Below, piece by piece: positions 19,175 to 29,064 of a stretch of 48,729 nucleotides of DNA. A program made the position numbers and the translations under genes. The notes under the pieces were generated by a model. It was given only the letters and a program-made list of their open reading frames with translations, was not told the DNA's origin and made no database searches. This stretch comes from a virus (lineage: Duplodnaviria > Caudoviricetes): IMG/VR virus record IMGVR_UViG_3300029821_000084, positions 1-48,729 of that record. The stretch is one strand, 5' to 3'. Position 1 is the stretch's first letter; each line of letters begins with the position of its first letter.

Positions 19175-19918
19175 TTATTCTACTATCTTAATTTTATAAA
19201 ATTTGTCCGAAAACGTACTTAAAGTAAATTCTATTTTTTGTAATAAGTCCTCAAGATTAGATTTATCATTAAAGTAATACTCTTCTTGATTTAAGGTCTT
19301 CATTAAAATTTCATCAAAATTTTTTTTATCTACCATCAAATTTAAAACGAAATTCTGTGCGAATACCCGATATTTATAATTCTTTATTTCATTTTCATCA
19401 TCGTATCTTGAAACAGTGTAAGGAGAAAAAATAATGTATATCTCAAAAATGCTTTCAGATATGGATTTTATTTCAGAAATAACATCATTATAATTAACTG
19501 TTTTTATATTAACTAATCCTCCTTCAAGTTTGTAAGGTTTACGCAAAATATCTTGTGATTGCATCACACATACTTTAAGATTTTTTAATTTTTCCTCAAG
19601 TGTATTACCTTTTCTAATAATATCTGCTAAATCAGTGTTAAGATCAAGCTTCCTATTGCCAGAATCGTTATAATTAATTGTGTTATTTTGTTGGTTTATA
19701 TACGTATTAATTTTAGTATTAATACTCTCATTTAGATTTAAAGTGTAACTATTAAAAACTACAGAAAATGCTGCAGAAACAGTCAATGAAGCTGTCAAAG
19801 TAATACTAATACTTTTTATTAAAATATCTAAATCAAAAATGAATACTAGTAAAGTACCCAAAACGACTACAGATAATAATGCGAAAATCACTTTTTTTAT
19901 TTTATTTATGATCCCCAT
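19175..19918 (-). CDS. Moron: two N-terminal TM helices plus a soluble helical domain
   Basis: Very AT-rich, with its own promoter and terminator; inserted between the chaperone and tape measure genes. Confidence 0.7.
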   Translation of the reverse strand: MGIINKIKKVIFALLSVVVLGTLLVFIFDLDILIKSISITLTASLTVSAAFSVVFNSYTLNLNESINTKINTYINQQNNTINYNDSGNRKLDLNTDLADIIRKGNTLEEKLKNLKVCVMQSQDILRKPYKLEGGLVNIKTVNYNDVISEIKSISESIFEIYIIFSPYTVSRYDDENEIKNYKYRVFAQNFVLNLMVDKKNFDEILMKTLNQEEYYFNDKSNLEDLLQKIEFTLSTFSDKFYKIKIVE

Positions 19919-19948
19919 TTTTCAAACCCTCTCAATATCTTTGACATA

Positions 19949-19977
19949 ATTATATCAAATTTTATCATTTATATCAA
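19949..19977 (-). promoter_or_regulatory. SigA promoter of the moron
   Basis: TTGATA-17 bp-TATAAT with extended TG. Confidence 0.75.
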
Positions 19978-20172
19978 AAATAGGTCAATATCCCTTTGAG
20001 TTGCTCTTTTTGTTTGTGGCTCATTGGATAGTGTTTTGACCTCGAGTTCAATAAGCATTGCATATATATCAATATCAAAATATTCTGTATCCTTAATTGA
20101 GATGCCGAGATGAGCAAGATTATAAATGATATTAGCGGTTGTGTTTTGCTCATCTTGTATATCTACTTTGGG
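19969..20172 (-). CDS. Tail assembly chaperone GT extension (-1 frameshift product)
   Basis: Slippery C CCA AAG at 20166-20172. The -1 frame reads PKVDIQDEQNTTANIIYNLAHLGISIKD...KRATQRDIDLFLI*. Confidence 0.8.
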   Translation of the reverse strand, partial: PKVDIQDEQNTTANIIYNLAHLGISIKDTEYFDIDIYAMLIELEVKTLSNEPQTKRATQRDIDLFLI

Positions 20173-20498
20173 TCCTGTGTACCTTCATTACCACCTAGCA
20201 TTAGGGTGATTGTATTTGAAATGTTTTCAAGTTCCTTCACATCAGATAATACGCTAAAATCCAAGTCCGTCAAGAACTCATCATAGCTCTTTTTGGTATA
20301 AGGCTTATGCAGAATATAGATGATTCTAAAAAGAATATCAATAACTAGTGCTGCATCCGTTTCATCTTTATTCAAGTTTTCAAGCTTCTTAATGTCACTG
20401 AATAGCTCAGTTCCAAATACACTACGATACGAAATAATAGTAAAAAGTGAAGACCTTAGTTTAAGATCCTCACCTCTTAGATTTATTGTTTTTTCCAT
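20163..20498 (-). CDS. Tail assembly chaperone (G-like)
   Basis: Start MEKTINL directly after the major tail protein stop; ends at the slippery site. Confidence 0.8.
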   Translation of the reverse strand: MEKTINLRGEDLKLRSSLFTIISYRSVFGTELFSDIKKLENLNKDETDAALVIDILFRIIYILHKPYTKKSYDEFLTDLDFSVLSDVKELENISNTITLMLGGNEGTQDPK

Positions 20499-20499
20499 A

Positions 20500-21069
20500 C
20501 TACACACCAAACACTGGTAAGTCAGGAACTTGTGCAAAAAACTGTTGATAGTTTGTATCCCCAAATTTTGCAATCGTTCTAATCACAGATACATTGCCAA
20601 CCTCAATAGGTCTTGCTGTAATTGTAATACTAACCGCATTCGGTTCGATTGATTCTGCTTTTGTTTTAGTCGCATCACTCACTGGGCTTGCTGTACACAA
20701 GAAATACCAGATACGTCTTGATTTCACATCACCTTGAATCTCATATCCTAGTGCGAATGTTTTAGTTCTATGATTAACAATCTCTACAAGGTTGCCATTA
20801 GAATCTCTTGCAAACCCTAAAATATCCACTTTGAAATCATCGTCAAGTTCAGTTAACTTTAAGGTGATATTAGATCCGCTACTTGATGCTAGTGTTGCGA
20901 CAATTTTATCATCTGCATAAACATCTGTTTTACCTGCAATGACTTCTGCACTAAGTTCTTGAGCTCCGTGTAGTTTCTTAGGTGTACCAAAATCCCATGT
21001 ATCATCTTCGGTTGGTGTTGCAATTGCATAATGGACGTTCTTAAGTCCAAATGTTACTTTATTGCTCAT
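20500..21069 (-). CDS. Major tail (tube) protein, phi13-like
   Basis: KVTFGLKNVHYA, YADD and FALGYEIQGD motifs. Confidence 0.9.
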   Translation of the reverse strand: MSNKVTFGLKNVHYAIATPTEDDTWDFGTPKKLHGAQELSAEVIAGKTDVYADDKIVATLASSSGSNITLKLTELDDDFKVDILGFARDSNGNLVEIVNHRTKTFALGYEIQGDVKSRRIWYFLCTASPVSDATKTKAESIEPNAVSITITARPIEVGNVSVIRTIAKFGDTNYQQFFAQVPDLPVFGV

Positions 21070-21460
21070 TTTTATATTCCTCCATCTTTATTTCATAAAT
21101 TCGATAAATACCAATATCAATTAGTGAATATTCGCTAATCATTCTAAAATCAATACCAGCATTTTGTAATACTTCTTCTAAACTAGATTCAATTGTTGTA
21201 TCTTTTGTTTTGGTAACAAGTGTGATTTGAATAGTAACTTGCTTAATTAAATATGAATCATCTGCATAGACCTTTGGATTTTTATTCAATTCCTGGTAGA
21301 CAATAAAAGGTGGTTCAGCGTTATCATTTACATAAAGCGCATAATGAACATTACCAGGTAGTACGTCATTAAGGAGTCCATAAACGTATGTTAATCTTTC
21401 TTTAGTTTCCACGTATAATCCTCCTAATATCATCCAGCATTTTAGGTGTAAAGTAGTCAA
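21059..21460 (-). CDS. Tail completion/terminator protein
   Basis: PPFIVY and YAD motifs; position. Real start probably the GTG at 21412. Confidence 0.7.
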   Translation of the reverse strand: MTTLHLKCWMILGGLYVETKERLTYVYGLLNDVLPGNVHYALYVNDNAEPPFIVYQELNKNPKVYADDSYLIKQVTIQITLVTKTKDTTIESSLEEVLQNAGIDFRMISEYSLIDIGIYRIYEIKMEEYKNEQ

Positions 21461-21788
21461 ATGCAGGTCTCATGAAAGGTCTTGCAGCGACATACTTTCC
21501 ACTCTTATGTTGAAAACCAAATTCAATCAAATGAACCAACCTACCCTTTTCTTTTGCATGGATAACAATTGTTTTCGTGTGACCTTCACCAATGTCAGTC
21601 TTTATAAACTCATCTGCCATCGCACCTTTTCTACCGCTTCTAGGTGTATTAGAAATAACATACTCTAATATCAAAGCTGCCGTTTCATCAAGTTTCTGTT
21701 CTAGTTCCTTTTTAACTGACTCAGCGTATTCTGATATTTCATGATTAATTTCATCAACAAAATCATTCAATGTAGCCATGAATATCAC
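21402..21788 (-). CDS. HK97 gp10-like neck/tail component
   Basis: HLIEFG...G.YVAARPFMRPAF. Confidence 0.85.
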   Translation of the reverse strand: MIFMATLNDFVDEINHEISEYAESVKKELEQKLDETAALILEYVISNTPRSGRKGAMADEFIKTDIGEGHTKTIVIHAKEKGRLVHLIEFGFQHKSGKYVAARPFMRPAFDYFTPKMLDDIRRIIRGN

Positions 21789-22113
21789 TCACCTTCATTT
21801 TTATTTCCATCAAGTAAAGTTCTAAAAACTGTCCTTGTAAATATGTTCGTTCAATTTGATAAATCAAGTCATCAATGATTGCATACTTGCTTCCGTCATA
21901 CAAGAAGCTTTGAATCTTTAATGCCATGTCTACTTTGTATTCATTCTTTTTACTTTCATAATACTCTTTAGACGTTACTGACTTTGAAATACCAATGACT
22001 TCTTTTTTGGAAATGAAACCATAACCTTGATTACCGATCTCATCTTTCATTAATGTGATCTTTAATAAAGTCAGTCGAATATTAGGACTACTCGGAAACA
22101 TGATAATCACCAC
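21763..22113 (-). CDS. Head closure protein (SPP1 gp16-like)
   Basis: DEIGNQ, SVTSKEYY and YQIERTY motifs; position. Confidence 0.75.
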   Translation of the reverse strand: MVIIMFPSSPNIRLTLLKITLMKDEIGNQGYGFISKKEVIGISKSVTSKEYYESKKNEYKVDMALKIQSFLYDGSKYAIIDDLIYQIERTYLQGQFLELYLMEIKMKVSDIHGYIE

Positions 22114-22378
22114 TTGATAATGCTAATTGATTCAAGAGCATGTCAAAACTCTTTGGTAAATCTTTAACAGAACCATCTGCCTTAAAACCAAAAAAGGTCT
22201 TGCAGTATATAACCACTAACGAATGAGCTAATGGGTGGTTCTCAACGACATTTGATGTAATGCCTGTAGATACGAGTAAGTTTTTACATGCACTGATATG
22301 ATTATTTAATTCATCGTCAGCATAGGTTTCACTGATAGGAATTAATAATGATTTCTTTACTGTTTCAAGTAGTCCCAT
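22088..22378 (-). CDS. Head-tail connector (gp6/gp15-like)
   Basis: LLETVKKSL...DDEL...YCK..FG; follows the capsid gene. Confidence 0.8.
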   Translation of the reverse strand: MGLLETVKKSLLIPISETYADDELNNHISACKNLLVSTGITSNVVENHPLAHSLVVIYCKTFFGFKADGSVKDLPKSFDMLLNQLALSSGDYHVSE

Positions 22379-22403
22379 ATTCTAACCTCTATTCTAGTCT
22401 TGC

Positions 22404-23531
22404 TTAGGCTTTCTTTTTAACTCTTAGGAAGCCTTTATAACCGACAACGTTACCGCCTGTAAATACGGACGCTTTGTAGCAGATGATGCCATCTTTAAAC
22501 TTGTAATCATTAGACTTGCTAATCTCAACAGGTGAGAACACAGGTACTTCATAATTGAGTAAGGATCCATATGCAAGACCATATTCTCCGGCTGCAGTAT
22601 TTGTATCTGAAATAGCCTTACAATGAGAATTAATAATATATGGAATTCCATCAATCGTGTTGTTGATGTAGTCAATCGTGTGTACTTTTCTACCTTCTGC
22701 AGTACGTAAGCCAGCAAATGCTCTTAAGTCATTCTTGTTAAGGATTAAGTATGCTCCACCCTCGACTTCTTCATCACCACCATAAGCAAAGATGATGTCA
22801 TCTAATGTTGAGTCAGTAATCGATGTGATTTCTAAATCAGCAGTATCAGATAGAGCGATTGCCTTATCACTAAAGATTCCTGTGAATGTATTGGATGTAC
22901 CTGGACCTCTTAGGATTTGTTCACTAATCTTCTTTTTAAGGGATAGATTAATGTTTTTTAAGACTTCAGCTTGATATGGTAAGTTAGGTAATTTTTCTAA
23001 CTCTTCAGTGATTTCTGTATAAGCGGTTACTTTTACTTTGGTAATGGTTAAATAACCATACTCAGGTTCTGTTTCCGAATATGGTTCACCTTCTCCAGTT
23101 AAACCAGCAATACCGCTACCTTTAACAAATGACTTCTTGTAAGTTTCACCACCATTTAGGTTTACAACTTTTACCTTGTCAACTAAGGCAGATACTTGTG
23201 CGAATGGATGTGGTGCAATGCCATCAGCAATGTGTTCAGGTAATAGAATCTCTTCACTTGAAACTTGAATAACTCTGCTTTCTCTTAGGTTCTTACCACG
23301 AGTTTCTAATTGATCTTTATCCACTGGATTCGATCTTTCAATAACGACTGGATTGATTTTCGTCTTGTTTTGAATCGCAAGTTTTCTTTCAATCGTGTCC
23401 TTTTCTTTATTGAGTTCATCAACTTCAGCTTCCAATTGTTCTAACACTTCGAGTGTAACTTCCGCACCAATCAAACCTTTGATTTCAGTGATGCGTGCTT
23501 TAATTTCATTACTTCTTTTTTCTAAATTCAT
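22404..23531 (-). CDS. Major capsid protein, HK97 fold
   Basis: N-terminal coiled-coil delta domain, TEITEEL, ILRGPGT and IDGIP motifs; follows the protease. Confidence 0.9.
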   Translation of the reverse strand: MNLEKRSNEIKARITEIKGLIGAEVTLEVLEQLEAEVDELNKEKDTIERKLAIQNKTKINPVVIERSNPVDKDQLETRGKNLRESRVIQVSSEEILLPEHIADGIAPHPFAQVSALVDKVKVVNLNGGETYKKSFVKGSGIAGLTGEGEPYSETEPEYGYLTITKVKVTAYTEITEELEKLPNLPYQAEVLKNINLSLKKKISEQILRGPGTSNTFTGIFSDKAIALSDTADLEITSITDSTLDDIIFAYGGDEEVEGGAYLILNKNDLRAFAGLRTAEGRKVHTIDYINNTIDGIPYIINSHCKAISDTNTAAGEYGLAYGSLLNYEVPVFSPVEISKSNDYKFKDGIICYKASVFTGGNVVGYKGFLRVKKKA

Positions 23532-23535
23532 CTTC

Positions 23536-24132
23536 TTATTCTCCTATTTTTATTTTCAAATTTAGTTTTTTTCTTATAAGTTCAGCCTTCATATTTTTCT
23601 CTGCTAAATCCATAGTCATTAGTTCTAAGTCCATAGCCTCTAAAGAACGAGCATAAATCGAAGTCTTATCATAAGCAGGTGTGTCAACTATTGAAACATC
23701 ATATAAACGTTCAATCTTTCTGATATGTCTTTTTGGAATATCACCATCACGATTCCATTCCTGTTCACTCACAACAAATGCAAAGCTCATCTTATCCAAT
23801 AAGCCTGATTTGACCATCTTAAAAATATCTTGATTGCTTTGTGTATCTAGTAACTCTGCTCTAACCTTTAATCCGACGTCATCACTCGTTAAGGTGAGTG
23901 AGCCGTTTTTAGTTCGAGCAATGATTAAAAATGAGTCCATGTGGTTATACTTCATTGGCACATCTTTAATTGCTGCATCGGTGATTGCACTTCTACTAAT
24001 ACTTTCGATAAATCCATAGGATTCATCACCAATTAAAGTAGGCTCATCATAAACGATTGCATAACCTTCTAAGATCATCTTGTCATCAGTTTCTTCTAGT
24101 CTGACTTCTGCTATTCTGGTTTCTTTGTTCAT
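23536..24132 (-). CDS. HK97-family prohead protease
   Basis: LEGYAIVY, YNH, KMSFAF and LYDVSIVDTPAY. Confidence 0.92.
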   Translation of the reverse strand: MNKETRIAEVRLEETDDKMILEGYAIVYDEPTLIGDESYGFIESISRSAITDAAIKDVPMKYNHMDSFLIIARTKNGSLTLTSDDVGLKVRAELLDTQSNQDIFKMVKSGLLDKMSFAFVVSEQEWNRDGDIPKRHIRKIERLYDVSIVDTPAYDKTSIYARSLEAMDLELMTMDLAEKNMKAELIRKKLNLKIKIGE

Positions 24133-24323
24133 CGCTTTTCAACCTCCTTAGGTTTTGCAGCTTGTTTTTCATACACATATTCAAGTTCATTGTCCTTGTA
24201 TGAAAACTCACTAATCTTGTGTGTCTTACAAAAGGTTTCAATCGTATTAATCTTTTCTTTTTGTTCTTCTAGGACTGTGTTTAATACATCTTTTGAAACC
24301 TTACCGTTAATTGTTACCTTCAT
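24129..24323 (-). CDS. Small hypothetical protein
   Basis: 64 aa; overlaps both the portal and protease genes. Confidence 0.6.
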   Translation of the reverse strand: MKVTINGKVSKDVLNTVLEEQKEKINTIETFCKTHKISEFSYKDNELEYVYEKQAAKPKEVEKR

Positions 24324-25521
24324 TTAAATCATCCTTCCCTACTTGATATTCGTTTGCCTTTGTAGCATCGACATAATTAAGTGATTGTAATCTTCTATCC
24401 CCGTTTTCTACTGGTTCAAGCCCTAACAGCCCTCTTGATTCATTCAGCGACATAATGCCCAAACCCATGAGCTTTTCAATCGCAGTAACTTTTGTGTTCC
24501 AAGATGCGTATTGAAGTCTTTCGCTATAAAAGATAATCTCTTCACCACGCATGATTTCATTTTGAGTAAGCAAGCCTAATGAAAAAGCCTCAGACATTTG
24601 AATGGCTAAAGGCTCGATGGTTTGTTCATAAAATGAGTTAAACTCATCTTCAGTATATTTGGAATGAAAGATTGGAACTGATACACCAAAGTAATCTAGG
24701 ATTTTTGATTGTAAGAATTCTAAGGTATCCTTATCGATTAACTTTGGATCTGTTGTTAAAGGCACATAATCACCTTTCAAATCTACCGGAATAATAGAAC
24801 TACCCTTATTCCTAATGGACTCTTTAAGTATTTCATTAAATGAATCAAGTTGCTTCTTTTTATCAGTTTCACTTAACATAGCACTCATTTTAAGGAGTCC
24901 TTTGATCTGCATGGAACTCTTAAGTGCATTATCAATACCTTGAAGTACGTTCTCATTTATTTGAATAGTTTTTAAGAGTGCTTCTTGGTCACCTTTGGAA
25001 CTTGATCCACCAAAGATCTGATTCGTATGATAAAACCTTTTTATATGAATGATATTTTCATACGGGATTATGAAGGATTCCTGGCTATCAAAGCTAAACT
25101 TCATGTAATAACTACCACCTGAATCAATGATTGGTTCAACAATAGATGGTTTAAGTGGATAAAGAGCTTTGATTTCACCAGTTGAACTATCAAACATCGG
25201 ATAGATAAATGCATTGTCGTTCATGAGTAACGTCGTAATCACCATATAGATAAACTGATAAGGCGTCATGAGTTCATTTGGCTGGTGCTTTAAAATAAAA
25301 GACAGTTTGCCAGATTTCTCTGTAACTGTCTTATCGTTTGATTTTTTTATGTATCTTGGTTTAAGTTTTGCACACTGACTTGCTATCCTATCAATCGCAA
25401 TCTTTACGACATCCGATTTTGAGATGTTATTTCCAAAGTTTGTAAGTGGTAGATTGATTTCATTTACAAATTTAAAGGACTCAGCTGAGCCTTGTTTTTT
25501 CTTACGTTTAAATATGGCCAT
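24307..25521 (-). CDS. Portal protein, HK97 family
   Basis: PNELMTPYQF, IIHIKR, YFGV, FYEQTIEP and MSLNESRGLLGLEPVENGD. Confidence 0.92.
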   Translation of the reverse strand: MAIFKRKKKQGSAESFKFVNEINLPLTNFGNNISKSDVVKIAIDRIASQCAKLKPRYIKKSNDKTVTEKSGKLSFILKHQPNELMTPYQFIYMVITTLLMNDNAFIYPMFDSSTGEIKALYPLKPSIVEPIIDSGGSYYMKFSFDSQESFIIPYENIIHIKRFYHTNQIFGGSSSKGDQEALLKTIQINENVLQGIDNALKSSMQIKGLLKMSAMLSETDKKKQLDSFNEILKESIRNKGSSIIPVDLKGDYVPLTTDPKLIDKDTLEFLQSKILDYFGVSVPIFHSKYTEDEFNSFYEQTIEPLAIQMSEAFSLGLLTQNEIMRGEEIIFYSERLQYASWNTKVTAIEKLMGLGIMSLNESRGLLGLEPVENGDRRLQSLNYVDATKANEYQVGKDDLNEGNN

Positions 25522-25533
25522 TGAGACCTCCTA

Positions 25534-26409
25534 TTATAGTCCGATACTTTTTAGCATTTCTTCATCTTTCATAATGAAATCTAAGAACACATGTTTTTCA
25601 CCATCTTTGTCAAACAATTGATTCAAAGATATTAGTGTATCAACCTTAACCTGATTTAGTTCTTTATTAATATTATGTTCTTTTCCACTCACATACTTTA
25701 TGAGATCAACAATTTTGTTTGCTAATTTATTAAAAAGTGCCACTGCTTTTTCGATATTTATATTTCTAAATTTATCACCCACATAAAAGTTGATATCTTT
25801 ATGTGCCACATAACTATCTCTTAAATCATTTATTTCTCTAACAAAAGAATCATTATTGTCTAAACTCTTTGAATATTCTTTCATTAATTGTTTGAAAGCA
25901 ACAGTCGATTCACCGTATGTTTCTAGTAGTTTGAGTACATCTCTTGTTAGAATTTCATGCTTATACTTAACATTACTCCCACCATCAATCAAGAAGTGAT
26001 TAATTCCCAAGCAAATAGTTGATAAGGCATTATCAATAAATGTTTGTATGATTTTCTTTTCAATACTAAATTTGACATAAATAGCATTTAGAACTATTAC
26101 CAAAATGCTGTTAGAATATAGTTTATATACATAATTTAACGAGTCTAGAAGACGAACATATATTTCCATCAACTTTACATAGTCATCAAATGAATCATAT
26201 ATTAATATTTTATTGTCTTCATATTTCAAGTAACCATTATCATGTAAGAATCGAATTTCTTTGTTATAATGTTCAATTTCATCAGAACGTCTAACCTTCA
26301 TTATTTCAAGAATATCAAAGTTCAAATTACTATTTTTTGGTAATTTTTTTATTTCATTGAGAACATTTTTTGTATCGTATCCTAGATAAATTTTCACACT
26401 TAGCACCAT
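25534..26409 (-). CDS. HEPN-like (AbiU2-type) protein inserted between terminase and portal
   Basis: All-helical, with INDLRDSYVAHKD (R-x5-H); AT-rich insertion. Confidence 0.6.
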   Translation of the reverse strand: MVLSVKIYLGYDTKNVLNEIKKLPKNSNLNFDILEIMKVRRSDEIEHYNKEIRFLHDNGYLKYEDNKILIYDSFDDYVKLMEIYVRLLDSLNYVYKLYSNSILVIVLNAIYVKFSIEKKIIQTFIDNALSTICLGINHFLIDGGSNVKYKHEILTRDVLKLLETYGESTVAFKQLMKEYSKSLDNNDSFVREINDLRDSYVAHKDINFYVGDKFRNINIEKAVALFNKLANKIVDLIKYVSGKEHNINKELNQVKVDTLISLNQLFDKDGEKHVFLDFIMKDEEMLKSIGL

Positions 26410-26420
26410 CCTTAGAATAA

Positions 26421-28058
26421 TTATAACATGTTCTCATATTCAATCTTATATCTATTAAGTACTGCATAAGCAATAATGAGTGCTACAGCTCCGTCAATTC
26501 TTTTATATTTACTACCAAGTTTTGATGGTTGAATATTCCCATTGATATCAATCTTAGCTTGAGTGTTCGATAAGTTCCATTTCATAATCGGATTATTATT
26601 ATAGATAACATTTCCGTTTTTCAAATCTGCTTCAAGCTGTTTCATTGGTTCAGAAAGAGAGTAGATTCCTTGTCTGACCTTTTCCATTTCAAACCCTAAA
26701 TCTTCCATTTCTTTAGTCCAGTACTGACTATTCCACGGATCATAACCTACCCATAGAGGTCTAATCTCATAGGTTCTAATCATCATTAGAAACCACTGTG
26801 TAACAAGTGTGAAATCATTTTGGTTACCTTCAGTTACTGTAATTAGACCTCGTTGAACCCAGATATCATAAGGAACATTATCCTCTTCTTTTCTGCGCTT
26901 TATAACTTCACTTGGCATAAAGAACTGTGGAATTACATACTTTTTACCATCTTTTATTAACAGCAAGAGTGCAACGGTAAGGTCGGTGGTAGATGATAAA
27001 TCAACTCCGCCAATAGCATAACTGTTTCTTAACTCATTGATATCATAGGTTGATTCATTGTTTAGATCATTATAAGTTAGCCATGATCCTTGTTCTAATT
27101 GCTTAATGTTAAAATCTTTACAAAGCATCGTAACTCGTGTTGCTAAGTCATGTCTGGATTTATTCATTAAGTCTTCAAGATATGAATATGTTTTAACAGT
27201 TCCTAAACTTGGATTACTTTTCTGCCATGTATTCTTATCTTCGTAGATTTCATTAATCGAGTCTTGAGTATATAACCAAGGAAGCACACGTTCATCGTTG
27301 ATCTCCCCTTTGATCATCTTTCTAACATAATCAAGTTTACTATCTAGGAAACCACCAACTGTATTACCTTCTGTTGTAATGATAAAAATAAGTGGTTCTT
27401 CTTTAGTTGATTGGCTTTGTTTAATAGCATCATAAACTTTTGAATCAGTCATTTCGTGGACTTCATCGATACAACCAACCTCTATGTTATAACCATCCTT
27501 GTTTCTTGATTGTGCTGAAAGCTTCTTTATTTTGTTCTTAGTTTTTGGCGAGTAAATATGAAAAATATTCTTCTTACTTCTTTTTTCATTTGATAATGCT
27601 TTTGAACCTTCTCTCATATTGTTAATTTCATCAAACAATATATTAGCCTGCTCCGATGTGTTTGAAGCACATACGATATCAACACCACCCTTAGATAAGA
27701 AAAACTCTGCTAAGTCAATACCTGCAATGAATGTAGTCTTACCATTCTTTCTAGCAATAAGTAGAATTACCTCATTAAACCTTCTGAGATTGGTATCAGC
27801 AATTTTGAATCCATAGGCAGCTTGAAGAATCGCCTTCTCCCATAACTCTAATATGAACGGTTCACCATTAAACGGACTTTTAGTATGTTTACAGAATGTT
27901 TCTATAAATTCAATCCGAATGTTTCCTGGCTTTTCATCAAATGTATATCTTGGGTTATTCATATCTCGAACTAGCGTTTCTAGAACTGTTAGTAATTCTT
28001 TACCAACAATGACATTCCCTTTTTGAATCTCGTTATAATATTTAATTAAGTAGTTCAT
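26421..28058 (-). CDS. terL: Terminase large subunit
   Basis: Walker A ARKNGKT, Walker B IDEVHE, nuclease GVDLSSTTDLT and RIDGAVA. Confidence 0.95.
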   Translation of the reverse strand: MNYLIKYYNEIQKGNVIVGKELLTVLETLVRDMNNPRYTFDEKPGNIRIEFIETFCKHTKSPFNGEPFILELWEKAILQAAYGFKIADTNLRRFNEVILLIARKNGKTTFIAGIDLAEFFLSKGGVDIVCASNTSEQANILFDEINNMREGSKALSNEKRSKKNIFHIYSPKTKNKIKKLSAQSRNKDGYNIEVGCIDEVHEMTDSKVYDAIKQSQSTKEEPLIFIITTEGNTVGGFLDSKLDYVRKMIKGEINDERVLPWLYTQDSINEIYEDKNTWQKSNPSLGTVKTYSYLEDLMNKSRHDLATRVTMLCKDFNIKQLEQGSWLTYNDLNNESTYDINELRNSYAIGGVDLSSTTDLTVALLLLIKDGKKYVIPQFFMPSEVIKRRKEEDNVPYDIWVQRGLITVTEGNQNDFTLVTQWFLMMIRTYEIRPLWVGYDPWNSQYWTKEMEDLGFEMEKVRQGIYSLSEPMKQLEADLKNGNVIYNNNPIMKWNLSNTQAKIDINGNIQPSKLGSKYKRIDGAVALIIAYAVLNRYKIEYENML

Positions 28059-28384
28059 TCAGCCATTCTACCTATAAACTTGTCAAATTCATCGTCTTCA
28101 TCGATTATATTTTTACCAATTATTGAGTTGAGTGTTTTTATTACGGTTCCATATGAATTTACTAACTTAGTGTAATACTTTGCTGCTTCAGTTTGTCTTT
28201 GTGCTCCTCTATTAGATACTTGAACAGCTCCATGCTTTTGTATTTGATCCTGTAGAATTCCAAGTTCAACCTTCATAAAAGCTGCTTGTTGGATTAAGTT
28301 ATCTACTAGTTCTGTTTTGGTTTCATCAACCGATGAAAAAAGCGATTTTAATCGCTTATATTCATTATCAATTGTTTTTTTCAT
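28055..28384 (-). CDS. terS: Terminase small subunit (cos/P27-like)
   Basis: Overlaps the terL start; LIQQAAFM..L..L...I...G pattern and acidic DEFDKF tail. Confidence 0.8.
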   Translation of the reverse strand: MKKTIDNEYKRLKSLFSSVDETKTELVDNLIQQAAFMKVELGILQDQIQKHGAVQVSNRGAQRQTEAAKYYTKLVNSYGTVIKTLNSIIGKNIIDEDDEFDKFIGRMAE

Positions 28385-28953
28385 TTTCTCAGTTTTTCCA
28401 TTATCTCTTCAAGTTCTGACATGTATGAAAATGTATAGAATCTTGTATGATGATATTTATAATAAGCTAAATTATGAACTGTTTCAAAGAACTTATCTAG
28501 TGGTTTCTTCAGTTCTGATAGCTCAATAATTTTATCAAATGAATTTTTATCAATGTGTGCAATATTTCTTGATCTGTAATCAGTTATAAGTTTCCTATAA
28601 CTATTTAACTCTTTCTTATCGTTTAATAAAATTCTCTTTACATCTGCATAACTTTCATTTGACATATAACCTTCATGTACTTTTGTAACATCTATTTCTT
28701 TTGTATAATTGTTTAAATAATTGAAAAAATGATATTTACTTCTGTTATCATTTTCAAAAATCAAAGAAAGGTTTAAAACTAATTCATTATAACCATCAAC
28801 AAAATAATAATTAAAGAATAGTTCATAATCGGTTTCATACGAAGGATCATTCATTTTATCTTGAACATATTTTAATTGATCGAAGCTCGTTTTTAATTGC
28901 AGACTAAGTCCTACAAAAAATGCCAAATTATCATCTAGTTCATATTCAATCAT
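28381..28953 (-). CDS. HEPN-like (AbiU2-type) protein
   Basis: LNLSLIFEND and ITDYRSRNIAHID (R-x5-H); overlaps the terS start. Confidence 0.65.
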   Translation of the reverse strand: MIEYELDDNLAFFVGLSLQLKTSFDQLKYVQDKMNDPSYETDYELFFNYYFVDGYNELVLNLSLIFENDNRSKYHFFNYLNNYTKEIDVTKVHEGYMSNESYADVKRILLNDKKELNSYRKLITDYRSRNIAHIDKNSFDKIIELSELKKPLDKFFETVHNLAYYKYHHTRFYTFSYMSELEEIMEKLRK

Positions 28954-28989
28954 ATTTCAAAATCCTTTCTTGATATTTTCAAAAATAAT

Positions 28990-29062
28990 GGCTCGTGTTT
29001 TTTAATTGCCCACCCATGCGGTACCCTAGCAAGGGGACTATTAATAGAATGGGGGGGATCAT
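28990..29062 (-). other. Probable cos (cohesive end) region
   Basis: GC-rich island cccccc...ctagggtaccgcatgggtgggcaattaaaaaacacgag between the packaging HNH gene and terS, the usual cos location in HK97-like cos phages. Confidence 0.65.
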
Positions 29063-29064
29063 AA

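Noticed and set aside
20499-20573. ORF-track 5' extensions (chaperone 20573, HNH 5284, integrase 46668)
   Set aside because: They overlap upstream genes or motifs; downstream ATGs have better RBS or coupling.
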